DNA from: Ramazzottius varieornatus
Lineage: Eukaryota; Animalia; Tardigrada
Length of the DNA: 64,000 bases
Assembly (NCBI GenBank): GCA_001949185.1
Contig: BDGG01000003.1
Location: 2,049,663-2,113,662 of the forward strand
Direction: 5' to 3'
Below are positions 12,089 through 27,523 of the stretch, one piece after another. The notes beneath the pieces were generated by a model. It was not told the DNA's origin. It did not search any database and worked only from the letters and a program-made list of their open reading frames with translations. Within the stretch, counting starts at the first letter, position 1, and each line of letters starts with the position of its first letter. A program made the position numbers and the translations under genes.

Positions 12089-13262
12089 CTACACAGAGTT
12101 CGCCGCTTCAGGCACTTCGTGATCGCGTAATGTCAACAAGCTCAACGCCGTTCCGAAGGAAAGGTCAGAGGGTGCGCCGTAACTCTGTACTTCACTGTGC
12201 CGCCGGCTCCGCTTTTTCGTGGAGGAATACACAGTAAATACTGCACTGTTGCATGTGAAGAGGAGCGCAATGAAGGTTCCCGCCGCCGACAAAGCTAAAA
12301 ATCATAATAAATTGATGACCAAATATTTTTGTTATGCATACCTAGTATCGATTTGGATATCGGCGGTGAAGTTTACCTCCGACGAACGCCAGCCAGATGG
12401 TATTCGAGTCAGGTACCATGGCGGAAATGAATCCCAAGAACCACGTGGACAAGTAGATGAGAGTTAGTTTTAGATAGAGATGAAGCATAATCATTTCCGG
12501 TCTCTTGAACCGCTTTCTTACTCCCGTCTTACAGCTCAAGAGCATAGTTCGGTGCATGATCCGCCAGCTCTTGTAGAACCAGTACGAGGAGGCACTGAGA
12601 AGCCATAAGAAGGGCAGAACTAACCCAACTAACACTCCGTCTTGCGCCAGCATCCAGCAGTGAAGCCTTCGCGGGTCCACGTAGGTGAAGCCGTCTTCAT
12701 CAGCGGTGTGCTTCGTAAAGTATACCAAACTGCATAATGCCACGATTAGCGCCGGTATTCCCCACCCATACAAGGAATAGGCAATGACATAGTTCCGCAG
12801 GCTACCGTTCCCGTCGGAGATGGAGGGTGCCAAGCGGGTGTTGACGTCTTGAGAAATATCATAGACTCCCACGCTGATCCAGAAAAACGCGGCGAGCCAC
12901 ACGAAGTGAAGAGATATAGCGAAGAAGTGACATAGTGCGTCGCTTTCAGCTTGGTCCATCCCGATCAACAGGAACAACTGCCCCATAAAGACAGAACTGA
13001 ACAAGTTCATCATCACGAACCCAGCAAGGTCTTTCAGGTCGGAGAACAACGTGAAGGTGATGAATGCAAAGGCGATGAAGACCAGAGAAAGGCTGCTTCC
13101 GACGACCACAATGAGTTGTTGTAATATGCCGGCAAGGTGAGTAGGCGGACCAGGCGACGTCACTACGGAAGGCAAGCCAAATATGGAAGGCGGAGTCGTG
13201 GGCGTTGTCCAGGTGGTCAAGCGGCCAGCCACGGTCGAGTTTAATGTGTCAAAAGTCTCCAT
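12089..13262 (-). CDS. Secretin/adhesion-like 7TM GPCR with short T/P-rich N-terminus (exons 13262-12377, 12295-12089)
   Basis: 7tm_2 motifs DLKDLAGFVMMNL, LCHFFAISLHFVWLAAFFW, YSLYGWGIP, HCWM and TWFLGF. A phase-1 GT-AG intron precedes TM7. Confidence 0.85.
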
Positions 13263-15072
13263 TGGTCTAACAGACTGTTGACCAATGATCAACAATCAAT
13301 GGAAGAACGGATGAAGAACCCAGGACCTGCATTGGTTTGCTGTCAGTCTGGGGAAACGAGCGGAAAAACAGTAATGGAAAGATCTTCCTAGTCAATGTCA
13401 TGAAGTTGCTGGATCGCGAGGAGGAATCTGGATGGAGTGGGTGCAATGAAAGCTATCGAGAAGATGAGGAGGAGGAAGGGCAGGGAGGAGCGATGTTTTA
13501 TAAATGAGGGTGCTTATTGATCTTTGGCAGATTCGGATATATTTCCACGTCTTATCTATCCCATCCATAATTCGTGGAGGATCAACCGTCGCGACGTCAT
13601 GAACTGGTAAGCAAGCAACCAGAGCATTTTGCTGGTTGAATGAATCAGTGTGCCACAACGTCCATCAAGTAGTGCTTTTCCGGTTGTGATCATATGTCGT
13701 TTCAGGATGATGCGGCAATCGGAAAAGGCATTCGTACGATAACATCCGCGGCATTAAGATGCAATCATGTCTCTCCAGATCAACTGCTCAGAAGCTCGTT
13801 CTCGTCGTTTCCGCGCTCATCTTTCCGTCGAGTTGATCCCATGAAAAGTAAGCTGTTTCTTGCGTAGACTTCTACGGCTTCTTCCCTATGCACCGGAAAG
13901 TTCTAACCGACCCTAACGTTATCCTTTTTCCGGATACGAGCGAAGCCACAGTCGTTGGAGGAAGCAGATCCTTCAGAGGATAGGGCGAGGTCGACGATGG
14001 ATTTGAGGAAGAGGAAACACGTACGTGATCGTTGTCTTAAAACACTCTTCTCTAATTGTAAGTAGAAAATCACGGACCGAACATCAGCCGTAATTCAGAG
14101 CAGAAACAACAATCATCAGTCGAGGCACGCACCCAGGAAAAGAAGAAACATTGAAAAGAGGTCGTCAAATGGCTGAAGTGCCACTAGGGACTTTATAGCT
14201 TAAGCAAAGTTTGCAATTGCGCTTGAAGAGTCGGAGGAGAGAAGAGTGGTCCCGACTTAATGTCCTCGTTGTGGGTGGTAATTCGCCGTCTAGAGGGACC
14301 CTACACCCCAGGACGAACGGCCAAACATCAAACAAAGTCCAATGTGTCATTAGGCTCTTCAGGGAATCAAAATCGATGGGTTCCTGCGCTGCGAAGTTGC
14401 AGGCAAGACGGCGCAGTCACTTAAAACTCAATCTAGGAAGTCAAACGATGCCTTTGGCCGTGACCACGCACTTCCGGAATCGTGCTCGAAATGTGGCAAA
14501 GACCTCAGAAAGCCTTTCTCCATCAATCGTAGCACCTTGGACTGAGGGAAGAGAATTCCCAGTCGTTTCGCGCATGACGGAAGCGTCCTGTCGTGAAATC
14601 TGAACAACGGCATGACGCATGAATAGGCGCTATTGTCATACTGTGATGTAATGTGAGATTATACTGTATTATATTACACATATCCGTATACACAGGTCGC
14701 TATTGTATCGTTATCACGCACATTTCCCGTTGTGGTCAGACCGTAATACCAGACTTTTGGGTGGGTTTTGCACAGTGTAACTCGTAATGTGTCTAGTCAG
14801 ATTATATCGGTACTTTGTCAGTAGGATATGGCGTGGATACGCGTGATGAACCGAAGCGCCATTGACGGTTAAAATAAGCAAGCATCATATGAATGGCGGA
14901 GTTCGCCGGTGCAGAACAAAAGTCCCTTGATGGCCGTCATGCGGGGTCAAACGGTTCCGTGGGCAATCGACCGTCCTCCAGGACAGATATTTATGTCTCG
15001 AAATGTTCCACACAGTGGGTCACCTCTCTGTGGCAAAGTATACGTGGGACGTCACCAAAAATGACTTGAGCA

Positions 15073-15130
15073 AGATCGTTTCTCAAGTGGCGCACAGTGT
15101 CGGCCAGTAACAATGAGAACGTGCGCCACG
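15073..15130. repeat. Palindromic element family copy (intergenic/5' region)
   Basis: AGATCGTTTCTCAAGTGGCGCAC-25nt-GTGCGCCAC. Confidence 0.85.
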
Positions 15131-15770
15131 TTCAACTCATTTGCCGACGTCCCATATGTTGAGCGTTTTCGGTGGACTTATCAATATTGCATTTGAGTTC
15201 GAAACAGCTTTCTCCAGTTTGTTGTGTTGGTGAAAGCTGTTTTTTTCTTCGGAATCGATGGTGGAGTAGATGTCCGCAAGATGCGCTTGAATTGAATTAG
15301 CATCTTCTAGATGGAGGGATAGTTTCTCAATTTTCGATATCAACGAAGTTGCAGGCTTCTTTTTGTTGTGAGTAATGATACGAGTGCGCAAGCTGAGTGC
15401 AAGTACGCTGAGAAATCGAAGCACCATAAAACGTCCGGCCACTGTAGCACTTCCATCGATCTTGCGGCTTAACTGCAGGATACGACTGTGGAAGTCCATT
15501 TCCCGCTTTATGATGCCATTAAAGACTGCTTGATTTGCCTTTTCCTCCCTGTCAAGCCTCCGAGCCTGTGTCAGCTAGTAAATTATCTAAAGGAGCAATT
15601 GCTTTTGACTGATTTTTCTTCTGCTTGCTCGAACTTGCGACGTCCCTCCTCAAGCTTCCATAATCAAGTCAAAGTTGCTAAGCGGGCCAAGCCTCTGCTA
15701 GTAAACAAGAGAAAAGGAGGATACAAGACCAGAAGTTAAACACTGATGGTCTTGAATTCGAGTGAAAGTG

Positions 15771-18700
15771 ATGGAGTATCCGCATCCAAAAAGCTATGGT
15801 GTGGAGGGGTTTTCACCGCCACTGAATGTCGGACCAACGGAAGAAGGTCTGCAGTCGAGCTTACAGTCTAGCCAGTCACCTGGCTTCGCGTTGAATCCCA
15901 CTCGCTTTGAGGAAGAGCATTTTGGGGGTACTGATATTATAAGGTTTACCAATGAAGAAGCGACGCCACCTAACGCTCTTGAGGACCTTCGGCATCTCAA
16001 CGATGAGGTGTGAATTTTGATATTTGGAATGTTGCTGGAATATTTTGATTGGCTGAATTTTTCAAGCAGATTCGTTATGTGATTATTTTGGGGTTTTTTT
16101 TCTATCGTAGAGAAACTTCGATGCGTTTCGAGCGCGACATGTGGAGAACCTACGAAGCCAGCTGGCGGCTATCGACAAGGTTATAAAAGATGAGAGGAGG
16201 GAAGCGGAAAATATACAGAAGGAGGAGGAGCAGAATGCTGATTGGATGTGGGATGTCCAGCGTAACTACGCCGAGATGGAAAAGCAAATGGCGCAACTAG
16301 ACAGTCAGCGTGTCCAGCTGAAGGACAAGGCAGTGGCGCTAGAAGAGGACCACAAGGTGGCGCAGTATAAGCTGGAGAAAGAGGAAGCCTATGTCCAGAA
16401 ACTCCACCTCAACGGTAAGGTACACAACGGTGCACCCCACAGGATTCGCTGTGAAATCTGTTTCGTTTTTTTTGTGTCAGATGAGATGAACTTTGTCTTT
16501 TCTCAGAGCTTAGAAATCGAACGGAGCTGGAGAAGCTGAACGATTACTACCACAAGTACTACGAAGAGAAAGAACAAGCTTACGTGGATGCCAAGATCGT
16601 CGATACGGGGACTGAAAGGCAGAAGAAGGAGCTGAAGTTTACCAAGTTGAAGAAGCGCCACCTTGTATGTACTTGTACGTATTGCAAAAGTCTTGCGGAG
16701 AATATTTCGTTGAACACTATCCTGTCGAGTTCTTCATAATGATCCGTCTGGGGTTGTAGGATTTTGAGATCTATCGGATGCAAAGGCAGATCACCGCAGC
16801 CGAAGAGCGGATGGCTCTCCGAGAAGTTATCAAGAAGCAGAATGAAGAGTCGTTTCAGAAGCTGAAGAGCCAGAAGCAGGAGCTGATAGGGGACATTGAG
16901 GTCCTTCACCAGCAAGATCGGCAAATCTCGCTATCCTTGACCGTCGACATGCGCTTCTTGGAGGACAAAAACGAGACAAGTACCAAGCTGAACATCGAGC
17001 TGGCGAACGCCATCGACTTGTTTAAGGCCGTCTCGACGGAGACCAATGGCTTCCGCAAAGAGATTCGGGAACTTCAGATACGCCATGAGCAACTCACCCA
17101 CTCCAACATGCGCACTTTGAGGGACCTTGCGGGATATGAGAAGAAGATCGGCCAGCATCAGCTGGAGATCGAGCAGATGTATGACCAGTACGGAAGGATG
17201 AGTCGGTTGACACAAGCTCTGACTGAAAGAGCCGACGCTCTAAACAGGGTATCATAATCCACTTAAAATTATACTTTGGACAGAATTTAGAAAACATAGT
17301 GGAAGCTGCATTACATAATGGACAAAATGGACACAATGGATGCTGCATAAGATTATCTTCCCAAGTGATGCACGTTTTCAGTGCTGTTGGCTGGAAGCTT
17401 GCGCCGCCAAAAACAATCTCTGTTAGCTTATCTGCCTAGGCCCCAGTTATTCGAAATACAATAATGATCATCTTGGTTGGTCTTGTGTTATAGTATCGGA
17501 GTCAGAAACAGTTCGGTCTACAAATCGTCCGCGATCATCTTTCCAAAGAAATTCAGAAGAAGCAGAACGCCGACGCCGCCCTCCAGGAAGCCCTGATGGA
17601 AAATAAAGCCTTTCTCAAAGCCGCCCGTTTCTCTATGCTGGAATACGAGAAGCTCGGCGAGAAGCTCCACCAGCTCGTAAGTGGTTCGTTTGACCTTCTC
17701 GTTTCGTCTGAGGTACCTTTGTGAGGTGATCTCATGGAAATGAGTTGGTTCATAGGAGGAAGATATCGGTCAGCAGGAATACGAGATCGCCCAGCATTCC
17801 ATTGCGCGAATCGAGATGTCGACGGCCCTACTAGCCAAGACGGAAGAACTGGAACAGTTGGCCAAGGAGGTGAAAGTGAAGGAAGAAGAGCTTAAAGAAG
17901 CCCAGATCGCGCTGGACAAAGAAAGCGCCAATATCGATCGCCGACAGGACAAGATTAATCGTCTAATGGGAAAACTGGATGCTCTTATCGCGGCAGCAGG
18001 AGTATGCTTGACCAGACGACCACTTCCTCGCTGCAATATACGTTCACTGTTGAATAATTAAAGCCATACGTTGTTTACACAGGGTGAGGAGATTAGTCCG
18101 ATAGAGGCAGAGATCTCGGCCTTGCAGATCGCCATTCAAGACGGCGAAGAACAGTTCAGGAAACTGAAACAAGACTGGCTTCGGTATCAGACTTCGATTG
18201 TGAAACTGACGGAGACCCGCGACCAGCTGCATGCCAAAGCGACGGACCTGGACAACCAAGCATTCATCGCCACATACAAACTGAACCGCTTGAACAGTAA
18301 GAAATGTTCCACCGTTGTTCAAGCCTAACGAACATACTATCTTCACATGGAAAATATTCGACTGTCTGTGACAGTGGAATATTTTCCATGTGAAGATAGT
18401 CAGAAATTCTGGGAAAATGGCTAGAATAAAATGAATGATTCTGTTTGACAGAGGAAATTGCCCAGACGGAGAAGGAGTGCGCCGAGTATGCCAAGACCGA
18501 TAAGCTGATCCGGGAAAACATCGCTCGAGCTAGCGACCAGCTCTACAAGTTCAACGAGAAAGAGAAAGAGCTCGTCATGAAGGCTCTGGATATGGAGCAC
18601 TCCTCCGTGGCTGCTCTGAGGGACGCGGAAATCCATCTACAGGAAGACAAGGAACACTTGGATAAGTCCATCGATGCGCTGAAGAACACGGAAGAACAAA

Positions 18701-19668
18701 TTTACAGCACGAAGTGGGTAGTTTTCATTGTGTTCCCGTGTGAAGTGAACGCTCGAATTTGATGTGAGTTCTCCAACAGGGAATCTACCTTGATGTGGGA
18801 AAGACGCTTGGAATTGAAGAAGTATGCAAAGAAGGCCATCGACCAAGACTTCAATAAGGAAGAACTCGAACGCCTAAGGAATGAAGTCCATAAGCTTGAG
18901 GTACGAGTACTCATCTGAATTAATACCATTTCGTTTCCCACCGAAAGTGAGGTGTTTCGTCTGCCTTTTCAGATCGACAAGCAGTCTTTGGAGAAAGAAC
19001 AGATCAGAGTGACACAGGAAATGATTTTCGCAGCGGACCGGAGAGACCAATTACACACACTAGCGAGGAGGAGAGTGGTAGAAGGTGAAGGACCCAGCTT
19101 GAAGAAGGTGCAGCAAATGATCGACCGGAAGACTCGCGACCTTCAAACTTTGCAGAAGGTAAACTTGATCGGATGATCATCTTTGGGCGATGTGGGAATG
19201 GCATTAGGAAATATCGTTCTGCTTTTAGGAACTCAAGTCCGTACAGATTGTCGAAGAAGACAGCCGAAAGCGAGTGGATATTTTTCAGAAGGCTGTCGAG
19301 GAAAAAACCCTCGCGGTCAACGCCTTGGAAGCGTCGTGGAAAAAAGTGGTGGAACAGAAAATCGAAGCTCTCAAGCAAAGGTTCCAGGTGCGTTATGACG
19401 AAGAATTTTTCCATTATTTCCAACGGAATAAATTAAAGGTATTGTTTTCTAGGTTCGGCTCGATAACTTCATCGCTCAGCAGTATGGAAAGCATTACCTG
19501 GCTGTGAAAGATGGCAAGATGGGGGCGAAGAGGCTGAAGTCCAAAGATGTGGGCGAAGTGGAGAAGCAGATGAACGTTATGAAGCAAAAGTTCGAAGACC
19601 TCCAAAAAATGGTCTTGACGATCGGCGAACAGAACCCTTCCATCTACGGTAAAGCAGAGATTTTATGA
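15771..19668 (+). CDS. CCDC40: Coiled-coil domain-containing protein 40 (axonemal ruler); 3' end approximate
   Basis: Long coiled coil over ~10 exons. Segments GEEISPIEAEISAL..KQDWLRYQTSIVKL and LMWERRLELKK resemble CCDC40. Confidence 0.7.
17350..17419. repeat. Palindromic element family copy, degenerate (CCDC40 intron)
   Basis: AGATTATC..CAAGTGATGCAC-25nt-TTGCGCC..AACAATCT. Confidence 0.7.
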
Positions 19669-20394
19669 ATATTCCTTGCTTCTTCCTACACTGTTCCGTA
19701 GATCGAGTTATTTGCTGTACCGGCCTGCTTCTCTTTTTCAGAGGACCGCAAAGCTCAGCAAACTGCAGTAAGGCAGCAATCTTCAAAAAGCCACCGTTGA
19801 TCCTAGTCAGAGAAGTCTGGCTGGTGTCGTATTCAATCTTTCTTCTGGCTGGTGTTCCAATAAATCATTTTAACATTGAATGATCTTTTCCGGACTTTCT
19901 GGGTCTACAAGCTTCAAGTCTTCCACAGATGGTCTGCATATTGGTTTCACGATGTAGCAGGAAATCGCTGTTAAATGCCAGATAAGTAACCGAGTCTTCA
20001 TCCACTTTGCCACGATGAAAGCGCGGTATGGAAAGTGGCTCCGGTGTACGGCAGATATATGAAACTCAGCAGAACGGAAACCACCAAAATCGCCCGGATC
20101 GACTGCTTGGAGTCTTATGACATGAGGGACTTCAGTTACTGTACTAGTACCGCACGAAAAGCTTAGCGCGCCATACCGTGCGGCTGGTTGGCGATTGCGA
20201 TTCATGTCGAAGATGGCAGGCACCGCCGCCTTAGGTTCCGCAATGACGTCAGACTCTTTGAAAGTTGATTTGCGTTTGACTGCGAGCGTGGCTTTAGATA
20301 AACGCCGGTGTACCCTAACTGGATACAGTAGTCCTCCTCACGACAGGCCATAAAACTCCGTTAGTTGTGTTGATCTTGAAAGTGGATTACGAAG

Positions 20395-20444
20395 TTTCGC
20401 TTTCAAGATAAGCAGCCCTCGAGTAGCTTATCTTGAAAGCGAAA
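20395..20444. repeat. Perfect 19-bp inverted repeat with 12-nt loop
   Basis: TTTCGCTTTCAAGATAAGC / GCTTATCTTGAAAGCGAAA. Confidence 0.85.
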
Positions 20445-21580
20445 ACGGATTATTCTCTGCACACTTGACTCAAGATTTTAAATTTTCATTTCTCAGCTGA
20501 ATTCTGTCTGCACAGTGCTTCACGTTACGAGATACCGTTTCACGTATGGGCTTCTTGATACCTATTAGTGTCGGGGATATCGACAGACAGAGACTAGCCA
20601 GAGAGAAAACCATGAATTTCAGCCTAGTCAGGAGGCAAAGTTTGCCTACAAACCTACCCCGCAAAACTCGCGCATTGCCGCTCCCGTTCCCGAGACTTTC
20701 GAAAAACGCAATTTTGCCTCACGAATAATTTCCGTTGATCAAGCAAGCTCAAATTTTAAATCAACCGTTTGCGACATAAACAGCTCGTCGTAAGGAGGAC
20801 TATTGGTGGAGGCTACGAAGACGATAGTCCGGAGTTCTAGTAGAAAAATGTCAATAACGCACTGGCCGTTCATCCACCTGCAACAACAAGACCCATGCGG
20901 AAGAAGAGGAGCAACATAATCCTTACCAGTTCCTGTCTGTTGCCACCTATGCCTATGTCCGGCAGAAAAGAGGTTTCCTTGACTTTGGAAAGTTCGATGC
21001 GATGGTACGTACGTGTAGATAAGCGTGGTCACCTTTGAGCAACATGGTTATCTGATTCAGTAACTGTATGTTGGTTACGGTGCAAACCACTGCCGCCACA
21101 AAAGAACGGAACGTCTACCAGGTCAAGAAGATGCTGCAGGAACCGCTCAGGTAAAGACGAAACAGTTTTCTTCGAGCGCTGCGTCTTCTTCCCGAATCAA
21201 AATGTCGTTAGGGCCTCGAAAGTGATGGAAGTACCAACTTCTCACCTGCCCGTACCGACAGACGACCACGTATCGTCAATCACATCTGCGACTGGACGGA
21301 AAAGTTATCGTTTCGCATTTAGACCGGCTTGGTAAGACTCGAATATCCTGTTTCCCCGTGTGGTACATATCATGCGAGTTGTGCTCTTTTCATCCTTGAG
21401 AAAAATCTCAGTTGACGATTTAAGTGAACTGTTCCATTTTTTCTCTGGTTCATTCCTACGTCATACCGCTGAAGAACCGTAGCAACTGCTCAGGTATTGA
21501 TCTTAAGTTTGGTCAGAACTTGAGACTGCAATGCGCTCTCGTTTCATCTGATTTTCGGCTGCATACTTCTTCTTGCGTAA

Positions 21581-22078
21581 ATGGCTTCTGCCAGCGGAGA
21601 AAGCCAGGACCGTGTCGAAGTTCCTCTGGACGACGACCCTCATGATACGGAACTAACTTATCCGACACAAGCCGGTCAGACCAAGGGACCCAGACAGACG
21701 GACAGGAGCAGAGTCACACTAGCGCCCAAGATTTACGCTAGCGCTTACAGTGACGAAGTCTGGATTATGTTGAAGGAATACACTAAAGAGGTTCTCAGGA
21801 CTTCGCCCAGAGACATCCTGGCCTTCTCCGCAGAGTACGCCCATTCATCGCCCATCACCTAGTCCCAGCTAAGCTTTTGCACTGTTGTGCTGACCGGAAG
21901 TCAGACGATACGCATACGACATCCTGTTAGCGCACAACTTTGTTTCAGGTACTTCCACAAGAGGGTGATGGACAGGCGGATTCGAGCGGAAGAATGGGCT
22001 CGAGCTCATGGCGGGGAGAAACAGCTGAACCTTAACGCCACGGAATCTACGCTGTCAGATACGGATGGACATCAGTAA
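21581..22078 (+). CDS. Small RIIa dimerization/docking-domain protein (ropporin/Sp17/RIIAD1-like), exons 21581-21834 and 21949-22078
   Basis: Spliced LKEYTKEVLRTSPRDILAFSAE-YF matches the RIIa D/D consensus. Confidence 0.75.
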
Positions 22079-22341
22079 CATCCCGAAGGACCTCACACGA
22101 GCCACTGAGCCGCCTCATGCGGTTGTCCTTCTTGTGGAAGCTATACTGAACTTCCTCCTTGAATGTTTGTTCCAAGGTATGCAACATTGGGACTGAATAA
22201 AGCCCTTCCTTTCAAACAGATTGTTCTTATCTTGTCGAAATATTGTTCTTCGTCGTACAAAAAAGACACCGTTCAGCAAAACCGTGTTGAAACACCCGCG
22301 TGCTAGCACTTCAAGAAGCTCAAACGATCAGAGAGACAGTC

Positions 22342-25411
<3,070 letters not shown>

Positions 25412-26071
25412 AAGCCCAGTCCAAATGATCAGACCTGTAAGATAGTTTATGAATCTTGGGGATCACTCAAATTTTCGGGTTCAGTCTGCATCAGAACGTT
25501 TTTTCCCGCATCGTGCAGAAAAAGAAATTTTGCAGCAGACTACAAGTCTACAATCAGAGAGACCAGACTAGAGGAGGGTAGAGTCAGGGTGAGGTTAACC
25601 CCACCCTGGTAGAGTATAGCGACTACAGCATTTCTGATCCTTTCGTCATACACACTAGATGGCTATTGCCTTACCTACCACTACTTAATGAAGCGCAACA
25701 CGCACGCCCCTGGCGGCTCGCTGAAAAAAATTTCGCACAGGTTTTTCAACATTGGAGAGACCTCTTTCCTTTTAGACCGGACAAGAGACCCCCTGTACCC
25801 TCCTTAGCTTCTGGACCAGTGCGGTGAGATTTCACAAGGTTTCTCCCATCTAACGAACCGGGAAGCAAGCAAAACGGCCCAGTACTTCGTCAGATCCGAC
25901 GCTGACAGGTTCGCCATGCGATTTTATAATATTGACAAGTCCGCTATGTTGACCTCGTACTTTTATTAGGCACTTGGTCTTCCTACATGAAATCGTCCAT
26001 GGTCTGTAAGATTGGTATGAACGGGCTGGGTTCAATGTAAGTTTTCCGTACAGAAAAAGGCACATCTCACG

Positions 26072-27167
26072 TCAGCAAGAAAATTTTCTTGGCCGGAAGT
26101 CGTCCTCGAGTGCGGCTAGATGTGAGTTATGCGACGCACTAGTCGGCCGATGGTGCTCTCTGCTTTTCTGAAAGTGGAACGTAAGTTCCACGACGTTCTG
26201 CCCGATAGAAATAATGTTCTTCATGACGAACAAGGCATTCGTAAAGTTGTGGTCCTTCCACAGGTAGACTCGAATCACCAAGTATGGAAGGTTCCCGAAG
26301 ACTGTGGATAAGATCGTCTGGAGAATGTAGATATGCTCCCGGGGCTTCACCCGGTGAAGGTTCGCTGTGCTCAGCTGAAACAAACCCACGGTCGGAAGTA
26401 TCATGTTGGCACAAGCAAAGCCAAGGATCATATCAGTGAGGAACCCGGGAAGGTGAAGATGATGCTCGGCCGTGAAGAGAATGGTCAAGAACTCGACGCA
26501 GTCGATAATCTCCAACAGAACGTGACTTTGGAGGAACTTCAGGCACACCTTTTGTGACGGTGTCGATGTCCTCTTTCTACCTGAAAGTACGACCGGAAAC
26601 CAATTACAAACATTCGAGTTTTATAAAGTTAAAACCTACGCTAGTACGGAAATTCGTACTTGCTATGAGAAAGGCGAATATTCCCGCAGTTCCAGTTACA
26701 ATAAATTCCAGCTCGTTGGTTCCCCACAAGGTTTTCCCATCTAAGCTTGATCCGAAGGTTTTGAAAATGGCGATGATCTTAGCAACCAAAAGGGCGCTGT
26801 AGGCCAACCAGCCAATATACATGGCCGGCAGGGTGGCGAACTCGCGATCCAGTCGTGATTCCTGACGCTGAAAACTGCCCATACTTCCAACGTGATGGTT
26901 CTTCCCACCATTGCTCGCCTGACCGTAGGAAGACAAGAGGTCGCTGCTGTTCCTGTTGGACCGAAGCTGGATCTCGTGGCGGGTGTACTTCCAGTTGTAG
27001 TAGAAGATGCAGCTGAGAACGCAGACAATCACCACATCGGCTATGATCCAAGGGACGAGGTCTTCCCACGTACCGAAAGCCTGATGGACGAACAGGTAGT
27101 AATCTAGGATGGCATGTTGGGCTGTCACGAAGACGATGGTCAATACGGGGAAGACGTATTCCCTCAT
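26072..27167 (-). CDS. Multi-pass membrane protein, TMEM121/CECR6-like
   Basis: Hydrophobic segments with LEIIDCVEFL, GNLPYLVIRVYLW and LFVMKNI. One short intron at ~26581-26638. Confidence 0.6.
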
Positions 27168-27523
27168 CTTCGTACTGCAGCCGACCAAGGTAACAACAAC
27201 CAAAATCGACTAACGAGCAAGTTACCGAAATTTAAATTAAAACTAGAGAGACGATGTGACAAGTCATGCTTGTTTGTACAATGTATTGCTTCATTTCAGT
27301 TGCAAAGCTTAATTCCACCGGAGCACTTGAAAGCGGCAAACTACTGTAACATTCAACAAAGAAGACGCACATCAAGGCTTAAACAAAGATTTAAAAAATT
27401 AGAATCAGCAGTTTGCAACAATACGTAGTATCATGTATAAAATTTCGTGAGAGCGAGTTGAGCAGAGCGAAACAGAACGAAAGTGACTTCATTTTAACCG
27501 AGAATAGACGCAGCAGGACTATC

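Noticed and set aside
13300-15700. Short ORFs between the second GPCR and CCDC40
   Set aside because: No coherent coding signal; probably UTR exons, introns and promoter sequence.
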